Shown here one piece after another: positions 57,750-64,000 of a stretch of 64,000 nucleotides of DNA. The translations under genes and the position numbers were made by a program. The notes beneath the pieces were generated by a model. That model searched no databases. It worked only from the letters and a program-made list of their open reading frames with translations, and was not told where the DNA came from. The stretch comes from Candidatus Bathyarchaeota archaeon (GTDB taxonomy: Archaea; Thermoproteota; Bathyarchaeia; Bathyarchaeales; Bathycorpusculaceae): the NCBI GenBank assembly GCA_030672475.1, contig DAOVGI010000013.1, positions 1,709 to 65,708 of the forward strand, read 5' to 3'. Position 1 is the stretch's first letter, and each line of letters begins with the position of its first letter.

Positions 57750-59019
57750 GAGTGGGAAAACGTTATTGGTTGATGGTCCAGCCTCTGTTTCTGTAGTTTC
57801 AGGTATTGTTGAGGTATTTGGTTCCGTGTTAAGAAGTGTTAAGCAAGTTGTAGTACGTGACGGAAAAAGAGTGCCTTTTTTCGTCAAGGAAACAGCCATA
57901 TTTGGGATTTCATTGGGAGAAAACGCAAACGTTGAGGAGATAGATGGAGACACCATTCCATCCTCATGGGTTAAGGCGTTTGAAGAGTTGTTAAACCCTC
58001 ATATAAGACCCTTTACTGTAATGGTGCTTGGAACCGTTGATTCAGGAAAGACAAGTTTTTGCACATTCCTGATAAATAAATTGCTAAATGAACGGAAGAA
58101 AGTGGCAATTCTGGATGGAGACGTAGGTCAATCCGAAGTTGGACCGCCGTGTACCATCTCTTATGCCCTAGTGACAAAACCGGTAATGAACCTGTATGAC
58201 TTACAGGCAAGAAACGCCTTTTTTGTTGGTTCTACCTCACCAAGTGAATCCGTTGACAAGATGATAGAAGGCTCAGCTTTATTAAAGCAGAAGGTTTTAG
58301 CTGACGATCCAGATTCAATCATTGTAAACACTGATGGTTGGGTTGAAGGAGATGATGCCGTCACGTACAAGATTCAACTCGTCGAGAGACTTAGCCCCGA
58401 CATCGTTTTCTGCATGCAACAGAAAGATGAACTGGCGTCTCTTTTGGACGCTCTTAAGAAATTCAGAAAAGTAGTTGTTGAATCACCAGTAGCCGCTAAA
58501 CAGAGAAGTGGAGAAAAACGTAGAAGCTCCCGGGAGCTTGGATATATGAAATATTTGAACGGCGCCAAGATTAGGTCCATTCCTCTGAGTTGGTTGAAAA
58601 TTGAAGAAGATAAGTTAATTGGCCTGTGTGGGAATCGTAGAAACATAAAACAGACAACAGAGATTTATAGGCTTATAGGAATGAAACCGTTGAATCTTGC
58701 GGAATTTCGGGACAGAATTTACATGGTTATCGGTAAGAGACGTTGGATAAACTTGGATAACGTGAAGAAGATAGAAGAAGCCACGAAGAAGAAGGTCGTA
58801 GTGATTCATAAGGGTGAAGAAGAAGGATTGCTTTTAGCTCTGTACGATGCTGAAAAGAGTTTCCTCGGAATAGGTTCTTTACGGGAAATTGATTATAAAA
58901 GGAGAATTATGAAAATTTACACTCCCGTCTCTGAGAACATCTCGATAGTTGCCGTGGGAAGAGTCAAACTTGATGAAAACCTGAAGGAAACTACGGTTTC
59001 CACGGAAGCCAACCAGTAG
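57733..59019 (+). CDS. Clp1/Grc3/Nol9-family polynucleotide 5-prime-hydroxyl kinase
   Basis: The ATG at 57733 follows GGAGG at 57721-57725. The P-loop is GTVDSGKTSF, followed by ILDGDVGQSEVGPPCTIS, which is typical of the Clp1 family. Confidence 0.8.
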   Translation: MKRTVESGKTLLVDGPASVSVVSGIVEVFGSVLRSVKQVVVRDGKRVPFFVKETAIFGISLGENANVEEIDGDTIPSSWVKAFEELLNPHIRPFTVMVLGTVDSGKTSFCTFLINKLLNERKKVAILDGDVGQSEVGPPCTISYALVTKPVMNLYDLQARNAFFVGSTSPSESVDKMIEGSALLKQKVLADDPDSIIVNTDGWVEGDDAVTYKIQLVERLSPDIVFCMQQKDELASLLDALKKFRKVVVESPVAAKQRSGEKRRSSRELGYMKYLNGAKIRSIPLSWLKIEEDKLIGLCGNRRNIKQTTEIYRLIGMKPLNLAEFRDRIYMVIGKRRWINLDNVKKIEEATKKKVVVIHKGEEEGLLLALYDAEKSFLGIGSLREIDYKRRIMKIYTPVSENISIVAVGRVKLDENLKETTVSTEANQ

Positions 59020-59109
59020 GAATCAAGTCTAAAAATCCTTTCAGGAGTTCGCTTCTGAAGCATATGAGTTCAAGAAAAAGGTTTTGTAAACTCTTTGCTC
59101 TGCTCATTT

Positions 59110-59772
59110 CTAATTTTGAACCCTTCTTGACTGACAAAACATGTTCACTGGACATTGCTCACATAATGGGTTTCTGGCCTTGCAGTATTCTCTACCGAGC
59201 AGAATCAGCAGCATATGGACATCCAGATAGTTTTTTTGAGTGTAGAGTGCCTGAAGAGATTCACGAACGGCTTCATAGTTTCCGTTCCTTGTCGCTAAAC
59301 CCAACCGTTTTGATACACGGTCGACGTGAGTGTCAATAGGGATCGTAGGTTTTTGCGCGGAAAAAAGCAGAACAACATCGGCTGTTTTTGGTCCGACTCC
59401 TGGAAGTTGTATAAGCGCATTTCTTACCTCTTCGAGAGGCATAGATGATATCCATGTCAAGTCTCCATGGAATTTTTCCATAATGATTTTTGAAACTTCC
59501 TTTATTGTTTTGGCTTTGTTTCTGTATAAGCCAGCTACTTTCAAGCATTCTTCAATTTTGCTTTTTTCAGCGTTCGATAATGCTTCGGGGGTTATTTGAA
59601 ATTGCTTCGAAAGGTTTTCGAAGGCTTTAGCTGTGTTTCCGTCTGCAGTGTTTTGTGAAATTATTGTCACAATTAGTGTTCTGAAGGGGGTTCTACTTGA
59701 GGTTGTCCGTTTTTGCAATGTGAAAGTTTTTCGGAGCGTTAGCAGGATTTTCACTGCTCGCTTTCTTGTCAT
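59110..59772 (-). CDS. nth: Endonuclease III (HhH-GPD DNA glycosylase with 4Fe-4S cluster)
   Basis: 220-aa ORF with HhH LPGVGPKTADVVL, DTHVDRV and the C-terminal cluster CKARNPLCEQCPVNMFC. Confidence 0.85.
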   Translation of the reverse strand: MTRKRAVKILLTLRKTFTLQKRTTSSRTPFRTLIVTIISQNTADGNTAKAFENLSKQFQITPEALSNAEKSKIEECLKVAGLYRNKAKTIKEVSKIIMEKFHGDLTWISSMPLEEVRNALIQLPGVGPKTADVVLLFSAQKPTIPIDTHVDRVSKRLGLATRNGNYEAVRESLQALYTQKNYLDVHMLLILLGREYCKARNPLCEQCPVNMFCQSRRVQN

Positions 59773-59835
59773 CTACTGCATCGCCTTTGAAAACAATAAA
59801 TACTGAATGTGTGGAGCTATAAATAAGTGTGAGGA

Positions 59836-60213
59836 GTGCTTATGGAACGTAGCACAGTTGTCAAGGATGAGATAATCGATCAGAATGTACGTTTTCTTGT
59901 GGTATATTTGGAGACGAAGAATTCATGTTTGGTTCTTCTAAGTGAAAGCGAAGATAAGCTTGGAACGCTCGCAATTGCTGTGCCAGAACCTCAAGGAATG
60001 CTTGGACCAGTTTCCTCATCCATCCTTTTGGGCGACAGAAATGCTATTTCAGCTCGCATGTTCGCTGAGTTTTTGGCTTCAAAGAAGAAAAAGATAGCGT
60101 TGATCTCTGTATACTTGAAAACCATTGATGAGATGCAGGCGCGATCGGTTCTGATGAGGTTGCTTGAAAAAGTTGTTGGATCTGGACCTCAAAAGGAGGG
60201 AGTGACAGCATGA
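59836..60213 (+). CDS. Small protein translationally coupled to ubiD, unknown function
   Basis: 125-aa ORF. Its TGA overlaps the ubiD ATG (ATGA at 60210-60213), with GGAGG 10 nt upstream of that ATG. Confidence 0.45.
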   Translation: MLMERSTVVKDEIIDQNVRFLVVYLETKNSCLVLLSESEDKLGTLAIAVPEPQGMLGPVSSSILLGDRNAISARMFAEFLASKKKKIALISVYLKTIDEMQARSVLMRLLEKVVGSGPQKEGVTA

Positions 60214-61553
60214 GCCTAAGAAGTTTTCTAGACCAGATGGAAACGAAGGGAGAGATTTTGCACATAAAAGATGCGGTTTCTACGCGTTTCGAAATTCCGT
60301 TCATCATGAAAAAATGTGATGAAGAATGTCCTGTGCTCCTATTTGAAAAGTTGAAAAAGTACAAGACGAAGGTTGTTGCCAATGTGTGTGGAACTCGAAA
60401 AAGAATCTGCGAAGCACTTACCATGGACCAGAACGACCTCTATGACAGGTTGGTTGAAGCTTGGCGTTCTCCGCGAAAACCGGAAATTGTTGAAGACAGT
60501 TCACTGAAGGAGGTCGTTGAAAGACCTGATTTGTACAAGATTCCCGTTCTGACTCACTTTGAGAATGATGCTGGTCCGTACGTTACTTCTGCGGTGATTC
60601 ATGCAAAAAGTGTTGACGGAAACGTTGAGAATGTATCGGTACACCGCCTTCAAGTCTTGGATGAAAGGCACTTAGCAATACGTTTGGTTCCGCGTCATCT
60701 TTATGAATTGTGGCGGATGGCGAAGGAGGCTGGTAAAGATTTGGACATATCAATAGCTATTGGCGTTCATCCAGCAGTGATGTTAGCAGCGTCTTCTCCT
60801 GTTCCTTTCGGTGTGAATGAATTTGATGTTGCGAATGTTTTGATGAACAACAATCTTCATTTAATTAAATGTGAACATGTTGATGCTTATGCTCCGGCAG
60901 ATGCTGAACTTGTTTTGGAAGGTAGGATTTCCGCTAGTAGAACGGTTGTTGAAGGCCCGTTTGTGGATGTAACTGGGACATATGATGTTGAGAGGAAGCA
61001 GCCTGTTGTAGAAATAGTAGGTGTTATGCATAAAGATAATTATGTTTATCAGGCGGTTTTGCCATCTGGATCTGAGCACATGCTTCTGATGGGGTTGCCG
61101 CATGAAGTCTTAATGTGGGAGGCTATTTCGAAGGTTGTGCCGAAAGTTCATATTGTGAACCTTTCACGGGGTGGGAGTGGGTGGCTTCACGTCATTGTCT
61201 CAATTGAAAAGCAACTTGAAGGTGATGGGAAAAATGCTTTGTTGGCTGCTTTTGCAGCGCATCCAAGCTTGAAACATGCAGTAGTTGTTGACACTGATAT
61301 CGACGTTTACAATGTTTCTGATGTGGAGTGGGCTATTGCAACTAGGTTTCAAGCAAGTAAAGATCTAATTATAATAGAGAATGCGCGAGGCTCAACTCTA
61401 GATTCTTCTGCAGACCAAGAAACTGGGTTAACAACTAAATTGGGTATTGACGCTACTCGCCCATTGGCGAAGCCTAGAGACAAGTTTGAACGTGCAAGAA
61501 TTCCGATGAGTAAACATGTTGAAGAATTGTCTCGTAAGCTTTTAGGTAAGTGA
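60210..61553 (+). CDS. ubiD: UbiD-family (prFMN-dependent) decarboxylase
   Basis: 447-aa ORF. The N-terminus LRSFLDQMETKGEILHIKDAVS and overall collinearity with UbiD family proteins support the call. Confidence 0.85.
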   Translation: MSLRSFLDQMETKGEILHIKDAVSTRFEIPFIMKKCDEECPVLLFEKLKKYKTKVVANVCGTRKRICEALTMDQNDLYDRLVEAWRSPRKPEIVEDSSLKEVVERPDLYKIPVLTHFENDAGPYVTSAVIHAKSVDGNVENVSVHRLQVLDERHLAIRLVPRHLYELWRMAKEAGKDLDISIAIGVHPAVMLAASSPVPFGVNEFDVANVLMNNNLHLIKCEHVDAYAPADAELVLEGRISASRTVVEGPFVDVTGTYDVERKQPVVEIVGVMHKDNYVYQAVLPSGSEHMLLMGLPHEVLMWEAISKVVPKVHIVNLSRGGSGWLHVIVSIEKQLEGDGKNALLAAFAAHPSLKHAVVVDTDIDVYNVSDVEWAIATRFQASKDLIIIENARGSTLDSSADQETGLTTKLGIDATRPLAKPRDKFERARIPMSKHVEELSRKLLGK

Positions 61554-62107
61554 ACGCAAGATTTTGTGCACACCAATTTATATATGAGGTTTTGAAGATA
61601 CAAGATTCGGTGGCTTTATTGTCTGGTAAGAAAAATGAAGATACTTCTTTATCTCTAAGAGTTGAGGACATAATGGTGAAGGAAGTGATAACCATAGATG
61701 AAAAATCAACTGTCAAGGAAGCAGTAGAAGTGATGAACAAGTTTGAGATAGGATGTTTAATTGCTGTTAGGAAAGGTAAAGCAATGGGGATAATAACTGA
61801 GAGAGACTTGTTGAAAAGAGTTATTGCAGACACCAAGGATTCGACTAAGACTAAAGTGAAAGATATAATGAGTAGTCCGTTAGTTATTGTCGAGCCTAGT
61901 ATGGAATTGGAAGAAGCCGTAAAACTGATGTTTCAGATGAAAATTAAGAAGTTGCCTGTGGTTGATGCAAAACGTTTAGTTGGTCTAATTTCCCTCACTG
62001 ATATAGCCCGTTTCCAGCCTCACGTGATAAAGATCTTGAAACAGCTTTCCATTAAACAGGCTGCACCGAAAAGTATGAGAAAAGTTGTTGACTATTATGT
62101 TGTTTAA
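61550..62107 (+). CDS. CBS-domain pair protein
   Basis: Two CBS repeats are present: VEDIMVKEVITID...IGCLIAV and VKDIMSSPLVIVEP...KKLPVVD. The start codon is uncertain. Confidence 0.8.
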   Translation: MNARFCAHQFIYEVLKIQDSVALLSGKKNEDTSLSLRVEDIMVKEVITIDEKSTVKEAVEVMNKFEIGCLIAVRKGKAMGIITERDLLKRVIADTKDSTKTKVKDIMSSPLVIVEPSMELEEAVKLMFQMKIKKLPVVDAKRLVGLISLTDIARFQPHVIKILKQLSIKQAAPKSMRKVVDYYVV

Positions 62108-62185
62108 CAGACTTCAGGTTTTAGCTTACGTTTTCGATCTGAAGGAGTTTAGGTGCCTATAATAGATTCTAGTAGCTAGGTAGCG

Positions 62186-63253
62186 ATGAAGAAAACTCTG
62201 CTGTTACCAATTGATTCGCAAAGGCCGGAAATGGAGAAGATTCTTGTAGCAGCAGGCTTCATCAAGAGAGGGGGGTTGGTTGCTTTTCCAACAGAGACAG
62301 TTTATGGCTTGGGCGTTGATGCTTTGAACCCGAGAGCCGTGAGAAGCGTTTTTGAAGCAAAAAAACGTCCCTTTGATAATCCTCCAATAGTGCATGTAGG
62401 ACAAGTGAAAGATGTTTTTGCCCTAGTTCGAAGAGTTCCATCTCAAGCTGAAGTGCTTATGAAGAGTTTTTGGCCTGGTCCTCTGACATTGATTTTTGAG
62501 CGTTCGAAGATTGTGCCAGATGTAACTGTCGCCGGTTTAAATACTGTAGCTATTAGGATGCCTAGGCACAATGTTGCTTTGGCTTTGATTAGGGAAAGTG
62601 GTTGTTGCATTGCTGCTCCCAGCGCTAATCTTGCTGGAAGACCTAGCCCAACCTCAGCAAGGCATGTTTTGGATGACTTGTATGGTAGAATAGACGCTGT
62701 TTTGGATGCTGGATCAACTAGTATTGGTGTGGAGTCAACAGTTTTGGACATGACAGTTGATCCGCCGCAAGTTCTTCGTCCAGGGGGAACACCTTATGAG
62801 GCGTTAAAGAAGTTGCTTGGTGCGGTTGAGTTACATCCGGTTGCGGTGGCGGAGAAAGAGTTAGCAGTTAATGAAGTACGTTCTCCTGGGATGAAGCATA
62901 GGCATTATGCTCCTGACTGCGACTTGATTGTTGTTGAAGGAGAAACGTCAGATGTAATAGGTAAAGTGAAGCAGCTGACTGAACTCTATATGAAGAAAGG
63001 CAGTAAGGTCGGTGTTCTTGTCACTGATGAAACTATGGGATATTACAGGGCTGATGTTGTGAAGTCCCTAGGCAGTAGAAGAGATTTAGCTGTCATTGCC
63101 AAGAATCTGTTTCGGCTTTTGAGAGAGTTTGATTTGGAAGAGGTTGACATTGTAATTGCTGAGGGTGTACCTGCTGAAGGGCTTGGTTTGGCCGTTATGA
63201 ATAGACTGCGTAAGGCATCTGAATATAAAATTGTCAAGACAATCCGCAGTTAG
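62186..63253 (+). CDS. sua5: L-threonylcarbamoyladenylate synthase (YrdC plus Sua5 domains)
   Basis: 355-aa ORF with GGLVAFPTETVYGLGVDA, SANLAGRPSPT, and a C-terminal Sua5 domain. Confidence 0.9.
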   Translation: MKKTLLLPIDSQRPEMEKILVAAGFIKRGGLVAFPTETVYGLGVDALNPRAVRSVFEAKKRPFDNPPIVHVGQVKDVFALVRRVPSQAEVLMKSFWPGPLTLIFERSKIVPDVTVAGLNTVAIRMPRHNVALALIRESGCCIAAPSANLAGRPSPTSARHVLDDLYGRIDAVLDAGSTSIGVESTVLDMTVDPPQVLRPGGTPYEALKKLLGAVELHPVAVAEKELAVNEVRSPGMKHRHYAPDCDLIVVEGETSDVIGKVKQLTELYMKKGSKVGVLVTDETMGYYRADVVKSLGSRRDLAVIAKNLFRLLREFDLEEVDIVIAEGVPAEGLGLAVMNRLRKASEYKIVKTIRS

Positions 63254-63257
63254 AAGT

Positions 63258-63734
63258 TTACACGTTTGTTGACACTATTTTTGGACGGATGAATTTTGCA
63301 CACTTGGAACATTTCCGTCGCGAGAGTGTTCGCACGCGAGGATAGCCCATGGATTTTATATGAGTTCTGGACATTGATTCTCTCCATTGATGCTTGCAGT
63401 ATGGGCATTCGAGCAGCACAGTTATTTCCTCGGTCACGGTAACCTTTTCTCTTCTAGCCACCAAAATCGCAAAACCAGCGACAACTAGGACAACGCCCAG
63501 AATGGTGTAATGTATGAGTTTTAATCGAATCTCCAATACAGCATATTCTCCCTCCAAAAGCTGCGTACTCAAAGCTGAGAGAAGGCTCGAGGAAGCAGAT
63601 ATCATTGGCCATTCTTCCCATAATCTCCAAGCAGTAATAAGAAACATTATTATCCCTACTATGCAGAGCAAGAGACCTAAAGCGTGACCCGTTTTCTTTC
63701 TTATAATCGTCATCCTCATGCAACATTCAACCAT
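63258..63734 (-). CDS. Membrane protein with C-terminal zinc ribbon, unknown function
   Basis: 158-aa ORF with two TM helices followed by CPYC...CSKC. Confidence 0.45.
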   Translation of the reverse strand: MVECCMRMTIIRKKTGHALGLLLCIVGIIMFLITAWRLWEEWPMISASSSLLSALSTQLLEGEYAVLEIRLKLIHYTILGVVLVVAGFAILVARREKVTVTEEITVLLECPYCKHQWRESMSRTHIKSMGYPRVRTLSRRKCSKCAKFIRPKIVSTNV

Positions 63735-64000
63735 TCTTCAGTTAGGAGAATTAGCTTATTTGTTTTGCGCGTGCTATTGTAAATCTGTAGAATCCAACCT
63801 GATCTTTTTTAGGGCAAGAGCTGTTCAAATCTGTTGACACCCATGACACTTTCAAGTCAGTCACATTTCTGAAGGATATCTCTGCCAGTCTTTCCTAAAG
63901 CGGCGGCGATCACAATTCTACTCATTGCTTCTGCGATGAACTTTCAACATTGAACTTGAAATCACCATGTTTATCAACTCACGCGTGTTTTTATTGCCAA

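Noticed and set aside
63815-63840. GTTCAAATC, a T-loop-like string near the window end
   Set aside because: The flanking sequence cannot form T-stem, acceptor or anticodon arms.
1-64000. Looked for CRISPR arrays, tRNA/rRNA genes, IS elements, integrases and inteins
   Set aside because: I saw no regularly spaced direct repeats and no tRNA-like acceptor/T-arm pairs in the intergenic gaps. No transposase- or integrase-like ORFs are present. polB, top6 and abce1 have normal lengths without insertions.

Overview
This is a densely coding archaeal chromosomal window with roughly 70 protein genes on both strands. I could not recognise any rRNA, tRNA, CRISPR array, transposase or integrase. All family calls were made by eye from remembered motifs, and no searches were run.

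Archaeal identity is supported by TBP, topoisomerase VI A/B, ABCE1, KEOPS Cgi121, Sua5, a family-B DNA polymerase, prefoldin beta, AglB/STT3, CDP-archaeol synthase, RadB and an eL41 micro-ORF. GGAGG-type ribosome-binding sites and many TTG/GTG starts are visible. A TACK-type lineage such as Bathyarchaeia is only a guess.

Most of the content is housekeeping:
- two-subunit fumarase, PyrE, and a histidine-utilisation cluster (hutU, hutI, formimidoyltransferase)
- an ECF transporter module, PHI, agmatinase, GcvT, UbiD and Nth

The main accessory-looking block is a type IV pilus-like locus at 30.8-36.5 kb. It holds an ATPase, a platform protein cut by one in-frame TAA, two pilin-like genes and a convergent multi-zinc-ribbon protein, and it is flanked by long non-coding gaps.

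Other points worth a second look:
- an overlapping RNase-H-fold protein plus Clp1/Grc3-type kinase pair
- an unannotated eL41 micro-ORF whose conservation reaches an ATT codon
- a stand-alone ThrRS catalytic core without an editing domain
- a wHTH protein with a CARF-like C-terminal domain and no cas genes nearby
- gene decay: a frameshifted MarC, a TldD/PmbA relic and a decayed zinc-ribbon paralog
- several unannotated zinc-ribbon mini-genes

I cannot show that any of these is a new system. The pilus block and the nuclease-kinase pair are my best candidates.
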